Assembly: GCF_011386835.1 (NCBI RefSeq)
Contig: NC_088794.1
Location: 26,722,001 to 26,786,000, forward strand
Reading direction: 5' to 3'
Length of the DNA: 64,000 bases
Source: Chrysemys picta bellii
Lineage: Eukaryota
In this document: one piece after another, positions 30,549 through 42,400 of the stretch
Numbering within the stretch: the stretch's first letter is position 1
Layout of the letters: every line of letters begins with the position of its first letter
Program-made: the position numbers and the translations under genes
The notes under the pieces: model-generated
The model's input: the letters and a program-made list of their open reading frames with translations, nothing else
What the model was told of the DNA's origin: nothing
The model's database searches: none

Positions 30549-32955
30549 GTGAGCGGGGCAGGTTTCTCCGGGGGAGCGGAGCCTGACGTTCAACCCCCGC
30601 CGCGGGTGGGCGCCCGGCTCCCTGCGGGGGTTGGGCGGGTCCTACCCGTGCCGGGTGTCTGTGCTGGGGGTGCGGGCCAGTAGGGGCAGCCCCTCCCCCT
30701 CACGCGCCCTCTCTCTCGGCAGCTCCTGTCTCTCTCCCGACGGGCTCTCCGCGGCCCCCGCCCGAGCTCGCTCCCCGCCCGGCGCGGCTATCGGGGGGGC
30801 TCCTCGGCCGACTCGCGGAAGGACCTGCTGGAGATCCCCTTGCCCCCCTGGCAGGAGCGGCCCAGCGAGCCCCTGCAGGCCAAGAGAGCCCGGCTCCTGT
30901 ACGAGAGCAGGAAGCGAGGCATGCTGGAGAACTGCCTGCTACTCAGGTAAGGGGGGCCCCGCGCATGGGGGGCGGATCGGGATCTCTCTCTGGCTGCTAC
31001 GTTCCCTGGATGGATTCGCTTCCTGCCCCCTTCTTGGGGGACGGGGCGGGCATGACGGTCTCCGTCTCCCCAGCAGCTCTCCCGGCTCTCCTTGGCTCTG
31101 CCGGGCTTCCCCGTCCCCCCACGGCGGGGAACCGAGGTTGCCTTTAGGTTTCGGGCCAGGTCCCGTACTGTTCAGTGTAAGTAGTGATCTTCAGAGCGAG
31201 GTCACAAACGTGCAGAGGACACGAAGTCAAGCTACAGGGGACTGCGTGGAACTTCAGCGGGACCGAGCCCAGCTAGTGGAATGGGTAGCACCATGACAGG
31301 TGAAATTCAGTGCTGATAAAATATTTTAATGCCCTATAAATTAGTAGTGCGGCCTCAGCTGGCTAAGGCGTGATTATTGTTACCCCATCTCCAAAAGGGT
31401 ATTGCCGAAAAGAGGTGGTTGAGAATGATCAAGGGCCTGGAAAAACTCTCCTACAAAGAGAGAAAGAAAAAACTGAGATTATTGTTTTAGAAAGGAGACA
31501 AGTAAGAGGGGACATAAATTGATAAAACAATGACTGGTCTAGAAAAGCAAGGTTGGGAGCTTCTGTTCTCCCTGCCTCATAACAAGCACAATGGGACAGT
31601 CAATTAAATAGAACAATGGGAAATTCAGAACTGATAGAGGGGAATCCTTTTTCATACAGTGCATAATTAGCTTGTGGAACTCCCTACCACAAGAAGTTGG
31701 TGAGGTCAGGAACATGGTAAGATTGCCAAGTGACCTGACATTTCTAGCATAACTAAAATATCCAGAGTTATAATTAATGATAACAGATGTTGGCACGGAT
31801 ATTACACCTCAGCTACAGGGTTAAGCTGATCTTTAACTACTAGAGGCCTGGATGAGCCCTTCTTGGGGGTAGATTATCTCACATCTGCTTGCTGCTGGCA
31901 CTGGCCAGTGTCATACAGGATGCTGGGCTGGACGGACCCTGGCTGTGAGCCTGGCAGTTCCTATGTTCCTCGTGCTTCCTGGTTTCTCTCTCGCCTCACT
32001 TAGCCTCTTTGCAAAGGAGAATCTGAACAGCATGACTGAGCGGCAGCTGAACCTCTATGACCGTCTGATCAATGAGCCCAGCAACGACTGGGATATTTAC
32101 TACTGGGCAACAGGTACTGTATTGCAACAGGGCCTTCTTCGGGGGAGACAGTGTGGCCTAGAGGATAGAGCAGTGGGCTGGGGCTCAGGAGACTTGGGCT
32201 CTATTTCCAGGTCTGCTGGGTGACTTTGGACAAGTCACTTCCCCCTCCCCCTGCCTCAGTTTCCCCATCTACAAAATAGGGGTGATGATACTGATCTTTG
32301 TAAAATCTACAGGAGCTAGGTTTTATAACTGGGCCCTGTCTCCTATGATGAGATGGAGCAGGAAGCTTTCTGGGATGATGAGTGTGTCTCAGCTCACCTG
32401 GGCTCCACATGCAGCAATATACAGTATGGAGATCAGAATAGCAACCGCAGTGACTCTTGCTCAGAAACTGTCCAGGGCTTCCAATCCCCATGCTTCAAGG
32501 CACAGGATGATCATAAACTGGGGGCAGGAAGGAATTCCCCTGTACTGCACTAATCAAATGGGTGCAGGGTTATACTCCCTCTGTGTCCTAGAGCTGTTTG
32601 CTGCCATCTGAGATGGGTCTCACTAGGAGGAGTGGTTAGCTGCTCTGACCTGAGTTCCCATGGTGTTTCGTGAAGCAGACTTGAAAGAGGCACTACAACT
32701 TTAGAGGGATATGAGACTGGGTTCAGTGTGACTCCTGATTGGCTGCACAAAGATGTGAAGCTGGTGACTTTGAGAAATGGGGGTGGGGATGCTGTGTCTC
32801 ATCCTGTGTCCTTTCTCCCTGAAGAAGCAAAGCCCACCCCGGAGGTGTTTGAGAATGATGTCATGGTGATGCTGAAAGAGTTCACCAAGAACAAGAACAA
32901 GGAGCAGAGGCTGCGGCAGCCGGACCTGGAGTACCTCTTTGAGCCCTCACGGTGA
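30525..32955 (+). CDS. SDHAF2: Succinate dehydrogenase assembly factor 2; join(30525-30548,30723-30946,32004-32113,32825-32955), 162 aa
   Basis: Arg-rich transit-peptide-like N-terminus, then [25 protein letters not shown]...[16 protein letters not shown]...[12 protein letters not shown] introns, 489 nt in frame; AATAAA at 33106-33111. Confidence 0.96.
30723..30946 (+). CDS. SDHAF2: SDHAF2 exon 2
   Basis: ctctctctcggcag|CTC; AG|GTAAGG. Confidence 0.93.
31290..31745 (+). mobile_element. old CR1 3' fragment
   Basis: GTGCGGCCTCAGCTGG, GAATGATCAAGGGCCTGGAAAAAC and GTGGAACTCCCTACCACAAG motifs. Confidence 0.7.
32004..32113 (+). CDS. SDHAF2: SDHAF2 exon 3
   Basis: [36 protein letters not shown]. 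Confidence 0.95.
32150..32310 (+). mobile_element. MIR/CORE-SINE
   Basis: GTGACTTTGGACAAGTCACTT...CTCAGTTTCCCCATCT core. Confidence 0.75.
32825..32955 (+). CDS. SDHAF2: SDHAF2 exon 4
   Basis: [14 protein letters not shown]...YLFEPSR*. Confidence 0.95.
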
Positions 32956-33105
32956 GGCACGCTGTCTGCTCCGGGATCCTCTTCTCATCCCTAGCAGCAG
33001 AGGCTGAGGTGCCTACACCTATTTGGCAGCCTGCAGTGCTGTGGTCCTGGCTCCTGGAGTCCTCTGCCCGGTGGTTGCTTCTACCCAGGTTTCCAAACCC
33101 CACTG

Positions 33106-33111
33106 AATAAA
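33106..33111 (+). terminator. SDHAF2 polyadenylation signal
   Basis: AATAAA 151 nt after the stop codon. Confidence 0.7.
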
Positions 33112-36100
33112 GTTTCAAGCACTATCCCTGACCGTGGGAATTTCTACGTGGATTTGTCCCACTGTTGTACGGGTGCAGCAGTCCACCTCAGAAGTGGCTG
33201 CATTTCAGTGGCACTGTATGTATATAGCTTGTAGAGCATCTTGGTGCGAGAGAAATAGAAGGTGATAGCATTATGACAGTGTGCTTTGATTCATTGTGAA
33301 ATTCCTCTTGTTGTTTGACTGTGGGGGCCTCTCTGATGGCTACAGCCTCTCCATTAACCATTCCTTGTAAATCCTTGTGGCCAGGGCCCACCAATGGGTA
33401 AATTCAGTGTAAAGGGGGGGGGGGGGAGAGAAGATAGACCCGCCCAGCAGGAAGAGTATCCACCACTTGCTCTTTTCCAGCCTCCTGTTTAAATACACTT
33501 GCGCCAGGAAGGGAACAGCAATGCTCACTCCCTTGTGAGGTTAATGACTGATTATGTGCCCAACCAACCCTGCAGGCTGAAAACGGTTTGCTTAAACTGA
33601 GCATTCTCCAACCTTTTCCAAGAGTGAATCCTGTGCAATTATTTTTTGTTGCAGAAGCACCTATGAGTTTCAATCATGCGCCAGGCCCCCATTGTGCTAG
33701 GCCTGGGGTTGTGCAAACACAAACCAAGTGGGCAGTTCCTGCCCCAAAGAGCTGCCATCCTAGAGAGTGTGTCTCTTGGCCGCTCCCCTCCCAATGGTGT
33801 TCAGATTGTGTCCCAGCAGCAATTGCTGCTATGGGAAAGATGCTAGGAGTGGGTTTGATGAGTTTAGCTTCGTTTATTGCAATGTATCAGCTGGAAAGGA
33901 GGAGGAGCCAATGCGATGTGACCAGCCTGTTCTCAGCTACTCCTTGGACCGCAGTCCCAGGATGCACCTGGCCTGGCTGCCATCTGTCTCTCGTGTTATC
34001 GGTAAGGCCCTGTTAAATCACGGTTTCAGGGACTGCATGGAAATTGTGAAATTAGCCCAATATTGTGATTTTTTCCAGTAAAGGGGGGAGACTGAAGTGG
34101 GGATGGAACAACTCACAGTAATGGGGTGCAGGCTGGGCTGGTTTCATCAAATGACACTGTCTATCCAGCTCAGGCTGTCGTTAGAGCTGCCTGCCTGGCC
34201 AGCAGGGAGAGGGGAGCCCAGCTGACAATGCTGCGGTTAGGAGCCCTGGCCCTGCAGCAGGCCCAGTGGAGACACAGCAAGGGCTGAGCCCAGGATCTGC
34301 CACTGGGTGCATGAGATGGTGTATTAGGGGGCCCTGCCCCAGTGCTGGGGAGTGGGGTGGAAAGATGGATTCCAGACTCACCTCCACTCTGCCAGGGCAG
34401 GGCCCCCTCACGCACCTGGTTGTGTGCCAAGTGCAGATCCTAGTCTCAGCTGCTGCAGTGTTTCCCTGGGCCCACCAGGGGCTGCTGTAGGTTGAGACAG
34501 TCCAGGGCTCCTAAGCACCATGTGTTATCAGTGCCGTCCCCTTCTCCGCACCAGCCAGGCAGGGAACAGCAGCTGCAGCCTGGACCGAGATGGGCTTGGA
34601 CAGCTGGTGCCGTGTGGTGAAACAGCTGCACCGGCCCACCATCGTACCTTGCTCCTCAGCGTAGGACTGACCTGTCGCCTACCCCCATGAGTATCTGTGG
34701 CTTCAGGCGGGAGGTGGAAGCCAGGATGCCTGCTTCCATCGCCCCATGGGGAAAATTGCCGCAGTTTGGGGCAGGGAAAGGGGAGACTTGGCGGTTGTGC
34801 CTGTCCTGTGAAATTCAAACATTGAGCTGTGACAAACACCCTGCAATTTATACAGGGCCTTAGTTACAGTGGCCAGGCCTTCATTCCTCCTTTCTTTTTT
34901 TCTTCTCTCATCCTCCTTTCCTGCAAGCAGCCTCTGCAATGAGGAGACCTATGGTGCTAGCCAATGGTTGGCTTTCAGAGCCCTGGGGTTGTGAAGGGAA
35001 GAGGTGGGGGCTGGCTCTGGATAGCTGGGGACAGTAGGGATTTAGGTATCTCATTGCTACAGGGAGGGGGTGGGACCTGTCATTTCATTGCACGGCAGAG
35101 AAGTGGGCAGAAGACAGGACTTCTGGCTGGTGGAAAGGGGGGGAGCAGGGACACACACAGCAATTGATCTTTTCCCTTGAAGCTCTTGGGAAAGATTCCC
35201 AGCTCAGTGTCTTTGAGACTCAGCAGGAGCTATCCCAGGATCAAGGGAGATTAGCCTCAGCTGCAGTACCAAGGAATGGCCATGGGGTGTTGCTGCCTCT
35301 TCAATGCTGAAGGGCTGGGAGCTAAGCAAGGTGAAGGCTCCCCTGGGTTTGCTACCCAATGGCCTGACCAATCCCTCCACCGCTTGCTCTCAGCCAAGCA
35401 CCCTGTGGCTGCATCTCTTCGCCCCTTGCTTTCTGTCTAATGCAATCGCCTCTTGCTTCGGCCACAGCCCCACTGGCTGCTCTCCCTGCTTCTGTTGCCT
35501 CACAGTAATGCTGGGACATGGGTGCAGCGGGCGCTTGGGTACTCTGGGCACCTGCGCCTGTGTAGTGCCCTCTGTGTGGCTCAGGGCCCATCCAGGCCAG
35601 ATGCACCTATCAGCCTGTGTTGCGATCAGGCAGCAGGGCTGGAAATACCCGCAGCCCTCATCTGGGATGTTGGCCTGCATTGTGAGTGCTTGTAAAGTGC
35701 TTTGAGATCCCCCTGCAGCCTGGGCCTCCGCTCCCTCCAGCTGGAAGCTGTCCTGTTTCTCCAGCTGGTTGCTATGCACTGGTTGCTAGGATACTGGCTG
35801 TGACTGGGCAGGCCTGCACATTCCTCCAGCGAGCTCCTAACCCTGCCCAGCGCCTGCCAGGACCTTGCCAGAGCATTGCCTGGGGCAGGTAAGGGGGGAG
35901 TGGGAGAAGGGTGTGGGGTGGGCAGAGTTGGGAGGCAGCAGAGTGAGCGGGGGAAGCTGCCCGTGTGGTCCCTCTATCCCCAGCACTCTCCCCAGCCCAA
36001 ATAAGTGTGGCTCAGCCCTGCCCCTGCTGTATTGACCCTCAGCGCTGAGGGGGGACTGCTGGCTCCATGGTCTCTCTGCTGAGCGTGCCAACAGGAGGGG

Positions 36101-36936
36101 CAGCCAGTGGCAATAGCCATGATGGGTTTATACTGCTCACTGAGACCCCCAAAGCCCCCTCCCCCTCAAAACCTTCTCCCTCAAGGATCTGATCAGCTGT
36201 CTACCAAGGTCTGCCTACGTGCAGCCTGGGGTCAGATGGGAGGTGAAAGACCCTGAATTCCCTCCGTTGGGCCAGCCAGTGTCCCTGTTTATGGCCATTG
36301 GACTTGGCTGATGGTGGAAGAGCAGGAGCTTCTGGCTCAGCCACATGTGCTGGAGTTGGGCTGGGTTCAGTGGCGTGGCAGGGACCAAACCGGCCCAGGG
36401 CTCTCCCCTGGGATCTGCCCTATCACTGAACAGGGAAGAAGTCTCAACCCCTGATTTTGTACAAAACCTTTGTGATGCAGCCCCTCTAAGGGCCTCTGCC
36501 TCAGCCTGCAGCCTGCGTGGCATGATGGCTCTGAGAAGGGGCACTATCCCCATTCGTCTGCACCTGTTAACCTGGAAGTCTAACAATGCGGTGGCTGTTA
36601 ACATTGTCAATTCTTTCACTGTTGATCAAAGCAAATGAGAAAGAGGAGGGAGGATCAGATGATTGCCAGCTCTTTGGGGCAGGTCTTTTTGTTCGGGTTG
36701 TACAGCACCTACTGGGATTCCTAGGCACTACAATAGTACAAATAATAATGATGGGGAATTTCATAACCTAGTGTGGGTAGCGCCTCCTGCCTGTGTCATG
36801 AGTGAAGGGGTGGAGCTTGGGTTGTGGGCAGAGCTTGGAAAAGTACCAACACATCTTATTCCTGCGCTGACCCTTGGAACTCAGAGGTGGGTACAAGCCC
36901 CTGAGATACCCAAGCAGCAGCAGGAAGGCCAGGTGC

Positions 36937-37264
36937 CATGAAGGGGGTTCCAAAGAGGATGGATCTAGATTGTTCTCAGTGGTACCAGATGACAGAACAA
37001 GGAATAATGGTCTCAAGCTGCAGTTGGGGAGGTTTAGGTTGGATATTAGTAAAAAAACTTTTTCACTAGGAGGGTAGTGAAGCACTGGAATGGGTTACCC
37101 AGGGAGGTGGTGGAATCTCCATCCTTAGAGGTTTTTAAAGTCAGGCTTGACAAAGCCCTGGCTGGGATGATTTAGTTGGGGATTGGTCCTGCTTTGAGCA
37201 GGGGGTTGGACTAGATGACCTCCTGAGGTCCCTTTCAACTCTGTTATTCTATGATTCTATGATT
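36937..37264 (+). mobile_element. young-looking CR1 LINE 3' end
   Basis: DGSRLFSVVPDDRTRNNGLKLQLGRFRLDI followed by 3'UTR and (ATTCTATG)2 tail. Confidence 0.9.
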
Positions 37265-37779
37265 AAGTAGCTTGGAGGGGCCTTCTCTGGGGCCTCTAGA
37301 GTTCGTAAGGACAGCTCCTCGGGCAGAGTACAGCAAGATGATGCTCAGCATGTGCCACTTCTTTATGGGTGGGGGGGATGCACGTGTGCTCCTGTCATCT
37401 GAGCCTCTAGTTGTGCTGGGCCTGACCCTCTCCGGTAAGTTCCTGGACTATCTGCAAACTCCAGTCTGGGGCCAGATCGTCCTCTCTGTAGAGACAGAGC
37501 CTCTTGCTAATCCCCAGCCTGCACTGGGTAAAACTGCCCCAGAGGAGATGGGGTGGATAGCCAGGCTTGGGGAGCTCCACCAACAGGTGCAGGGAGTTCT
37601 CTGCTGGGGAGCCGGAGCAGAAGGGCTGAGGGAGGGGGGAAGAGAAGCTGAAAAAGGAGCCTTGGTTGAGAGGAGGGAAAGCAAAATCCCCTGTAGGGCT
37701 ATCACCTGGTAACTCTCTGGGTGACACTGTTAGTATGTGACCCTCTGAACCCCTCAGTGCCAACTGGCAAAGGGTTCCC

Positions 37780-38790
37780 TATCCTGTAACAGCACTAACA
37801 GGCCTGACAAACTCACTACGCCTAGCACCCCGCTGTCATGGTATTTATCCAGAAATAGCATAGTGTAAGCCTAGGTATCAAATGAAAGCTGGCATCACGC
37901 TGGTCACTAATACCATTGTGAAATGTACGTACTGAGCATATAAATTAAAAGTGATGTGTATATCCTGGCACTGTGTCTTAAAGTCTGTAACCAGGCAGAG
38001 CTGACCCACAGGTTTCTGCCAGACAGGAGAGAAGATAATGTCTCTGTATCATGTAAATTAAGCCAAATCTGTCTATGACATATACAGAAGGCTGGGAAGA
38101 CACTGGAGACTAGACTGCAAGGGCTGTCCTGTCAGGGTTGCAAAGACAATGAACTTGGGGGGGGGGGGGGGCATAAGAGGAAGGCAAAAGGACACCTTCC
38201 GTCAGGCAGAAAAAAGATCAGCACTTTTCCCATTAATGAAAGTTGGCTTCTGGCCTCCTGGGCTAGTGATACTGGGAGGTTGCCTTAGATGAGATTTTCA
38301 CCTGTTAAAAGTTGTTTAGGCTCTAAGACACATGTTGTACCTTTGGTTTTATGTATAACTGGCTGCTCTTATTACCTTTGCTCGGTAGCTCTTAAATCTT
38401 AACCTTTGTTAATAAACTCGGATTGGTTGTCCCTGTAAAGAGGTGCCAGGGCTATGTTGTTATACTGGAGTGGATATTCGGTTGACTCAAACAAGCTGGT
38501 GGGTGTATTGTTCCCTTGAGAGTAGCAAACATAGTAGTTACTGTGAGGGTTCAGTGTCAGGGGCTGGACACTATGGGGGGATGATTTTGAGGTGCACCAA
38601 GTGTTGCCCTTCAAGGCAAAGTAGGGGCTGGCACAGCCCTAGGAGAGTGCTTGAAGGGCTGGTGGGGTCAGGACACCCAGCTACCACCAGAAGTCTCCCT
38701 CTCACTGAGATGGGGGTAACACAGTGACTCATGGCCCCAGGCTCTCCAAGAAAGTATCCTATAGTCCTAGGCCCAGCACGGTTCCCTGTC
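37780..38790. mobile_element. possible LTR-like repeat
   Basis: Composition and an internal AATAAA only; no paired termini or TSD resolved. Confidence 0.25.
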
Positions 38791-38810
38791 ACCTCCAGGC
38801 CCTGGCAGGA

Positions 38811-38989
38811 TCATAGAATATCAGGGTTGGAAGGGACCTCAGGAGGTCATCTAGTCCAACCCCCTGCTCAAAGGGGGACCAATCCTTAGATGGATTTTTG
38901 CCCTAGATCCCTAAATGGCCCCCTCAAGGATTGAACTCACAACCCTGGGTTTAGCAGGCCAATGCTCAAACCACTGAGCTATCCTTCCC
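38811..38989 (-). mobile_element. tortoise PolIII/SINE
   Basis: Reverse complement GGGAAGGATAGCTCAGTGGTTTGAGCATTGGCC... with a tail matching the CR1 3' end at 37180-37262. Confidence 0.88.
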
Positions 38990-39333
38990 TGGAGTCAGAA
39001 CTGTGATGCTGGGACTCGGGGCTCTGGGCCTTTCCCCTGTCCCCAGGATATCCAGGCCTCTGCGGTCCTTCCCTGCCCTGGCTCTGGGATCTGCTGGCTT
39101 GCTGCCCCAGAAGGGCAATGAGCTCAGAGCTGGGCTGTGTCCTTGCCCCTGCTCTGACATCACAGTGCCACAGGTATGACCTCATACTCTGTCGCCAGGG
39201 AGACACCGGAGGAGCAGCTGAGCCGGGCAGGGTAGGTGTCGGTCTTCTCGTCCCCATGATCAGCTGTACCACGTCCTCTGTCTCTATAGCTACTGGGCAG
39301 CCTGCCCCCCAGAGATCCAGCCCTCCCTCCACC

Positions 39334-39439
39334 ATGGGGCGCCTCCCCCTGGGCGGTGTCTCACCCTATGTGAGGACCAGCGCTGGTGGGAGTGTGGACC
39401 CTCTGAAGTTCTACGCCACCAGCTACGGCACGGCTTATG
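39334..39439 (+). CDS. SAXO4: SAXO4 coding exon 1
   Basis: accATGG; G|GTAAGG; possible upstream acceptor at 39289. Confidence 0.92.
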
Positions 39440-42400
39440 GTAAGGGCCCCACAGGAAGTGGTGCCTGAGGGCACGTGTGGCTGTGAAGGATTAGGGGAGG
39501 GGATGGAGAAGTCCATGCCAGCCCTGGAGCCGCTGCCCCAGCAGGCCGTGTCAATGACCTTCCCTCCATCCCTGTGTGCTGATCATCACTGACCCACTGG
39601 GCTCAGGGAGCCAGCCGGCAGCGCTTCCCTCCCACTGTGCACCACTTACCCACGGTGCACTGCTGGCCTGACCCCAGCCTCAGAATCCCAGCAGGGCCAA
39701 GACCCTGGGCAGCTTCCCTAGCAAGGCCCCTGTGTCCCCAGGGCTAACCCACTAAGGACTGAATCCCCCTCACAGTTCCCCACCACGCTTGGCCCTGTCC
39801 CTGTCTGCAGCCACATAGGCTTGAACTGCCTATCTGTGCTCTCTGGTCCCTTCTAGTGGCCAGAGCCTATATAGCCATGTATGAGTCCTGCCCTGGTGCC
39901 AGTTTAACAGACCTGCTGCTTCAGCTCAGGCTCCCAAGTTTAAGCCCTGATAATGCCAACTGCCGAGGCGCCATTGCAATTTGGAGCTTGGGGATTGTCC
40001 TGGAAGAGCAAGTCCTTTCAAAGGCCCTAACAGCATTAGGGGCTCAGGAGGAGTCTCTCACCCTGAGCAAGTGTCTCTCTCTCCATGGGACCCCCCATTG
40101 CCCGTGTGGCTGATAGCTGTGATTCCCCTGCTCTGTTCGGCAGGGCAGGAGAGATTCCATCCTCGCGTCGGCCACCACTCCGGAGCCGGGTACAAATCCA
40201 ATTACCGGCCTGTCATCTCTTACAAGGCCAGCCTGGATCAAGTGGATAATCCAGCTGTGGGGTAGGCTGTCCTTGAGGAGATGAGGGGGGCTGGGTACAG
40301 CTGGGATTGTGTGCAGGGTGGGGACCATCCCATGGACTATAGACCCCTCTCCCTCCCTGGGTGTTCATCCCATCAGGACAGCCCTAGGAGTGTACCCCAG
40401 GTTGGTGGGTCTCCCTCACTGCTCCCCTCTCACCCCTTGGGAGGTGGGTGTATCAGTGCAGAGCTGGGATCATGTTCAGGGAAGAGACTGTCCTGCAGTG
40501 TGGCCTAGTGGATGGAGCACTTGCCTGGGCCTCGGGAGATCTGGGTTTTCTTCCCAGCTCTGTCACTGGCCTGCTTTGCCACCTTGGGCAAGTCACGTCC
40601 CCCGCCCGTGCCTCAGTTTCCCCATCTGTAATGACCCTGACCTCCTTTCTAGAGCACTGTGAGATCTACAGAAGACCTAGCTATCATTATCCCACACTTG
40701 TTCTCTTCCTCCCGCTCCAGACAGCTCCTTCAAGATAACTATGACACAGTGACCACCAAGCACTTCCGGCCCCTCCAGCTTCCCGATGGCAAGTACCCCC
40801 TGCCCTGGAGCGTCTACCAGCCGGGGAGCGGGTTTGTTCGAGACAAGCCCATTTCCTTCCCCACCACCAAAGCCGTAAGTGTCCAGTAAGCCCTGGGTCT
40901 GTGCCTGGCCAGCTCATGGATCAAGACCCTGTCCGCCATGGGTTTGCCATTGGCAATGCAGCCTGGTGACATTGTAGCTAGAGGATTGTGTAGATGGTAC
41001 GTTCCATCCCAGAGCTAGTGCTAGATTGTAGGGCTGGGGGCAGAGAGGGCCTTAACCCTTTAATAATTATATACAAGGCGACCCTTTTACTTTATTAACT
41101 ACATGCAACAAGGAAAATGGAACTTACAAAATTAGCTTTGGTTGTATCCGTCTGTTGTCTATTGTCTTAGATCATCAGGTCTTTGGGACAGAGCTCATCC
41201 TGGTTTTGTGTCTGTACAGCACCTAACACCTTTGGGTATATCTACACTGCACACAAAGCCCAGGTTCTGACTCAGGTTTGAGCCCAATTCCCTCTTCCAT
41301 CCACACACACATTGGTCTGACTCAGGTCAGCAAGCACCCAAGAGCCAGGTCATAGGACCCTGCTAGACTTTGACTTGGGGCTAAGCCCTGGCATTTTGCA
41401 ATGTGGACACAACTTAAGCCACAGACCCGAGTCAGGAGGTCTGCATAGTGTAGTATGGACACATTAGCACAGCTGTGAGACCCTGGTCCAGTGATTGTAA
41501 GCCCAGGTTTACAATGCCATGTGGACACTCCAGTGCAGGCTTGGAAACACAGTCCACAAACCTGGGTCCTGCAGACCCGGGTTTACAATGCAGTGTAGAT
41601 GCACCCACAGGGCCTGGTCAGTGACTGCAGCTCCTACATGCTACTACACAAATAATAAACAATAGCACACTTTGGTTCTGTTCGGATGGGAATATAAATA
41701 ACCTGACAGTGTTAATGAGTGTCCACAGGCCTTGAAAGTGCTGCAGTCTGTCTCCTGAGCGCAGGCTCCATCAGGGAGCGGGTCCCATTGGCATGATATG
41801 ACCCCAGAGGCAGGGTTACCCAGTGACTGCTTGGTGGCCTATGTGAAATGAGGAGTTTGCAGGGAGGTCTCAGTCTGGATTGGACAGGTGCCCCTGCTAC
41901 ATGCAGCGCCCGCACAGCTGGGGTGGGTTGGCAGCTTCAGCAGATAAGGCAAGGACTGAATGGGCATGAAGTCTGCCCTGCCCTCTCCCCCTTAGAGGGG
42001 GGAACAGCGCTAGGGCGTTGGGGCTTGCACTGCAGCTGGGGGCATCCAGAGACAGTCAGCATCCGGGAGTGCTGATTTAACACACGTACAGGTGTCTGTG
42101 CACTTGCGACGTTCCTCCCCTCCTTGGACACTCCCCATCACATCCTGCAGCAAAGGTCCATATAAACCATTCCTCGGCTCTGATCAACCCCTGTGGGGAT
42201 ATAGAGGCTCAGCAGTGCCCTGTGCTGCCTTGCCCATCCTGGCTGAGTGGGGACCTGGCGCTTTGCTGCCATGGAACTCACCAGAGGGGCTCACTCTGCA
42301 GGTTAAGAAAGTCCACTTCAATACGCGGGACCAGGGGCCGCGAGCCATCACAGGGCTGGAGCCCAGACAACTCCCTGTCCTGCACAAGCCCCAGGGGAAA

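Larger units (their letters stand above)
29780..31140. promoter_or_regulatory. CpG island / bidirectional CPSF7-SDHAF2 promoter
   Basis: High CpG density between divergent ATGs (29938 on -, 30525 on +). Duplicated GCCACGCCCCTTCCG (KLF/SP plus ETS) at 30412 and 30433. Candidate CPSF7 non-coding exon 1 donor G|GTGAGC at 30390/30389. Confidence 0.85.

Noticed and set aside
36586-36771. 61-aa ORF with a signal-peptide-like start (MRWLLTLSILSLLIKA)
   Set aside because: Its 3' half is a MIR/L2-type tail repeat; no promoter or splice support.
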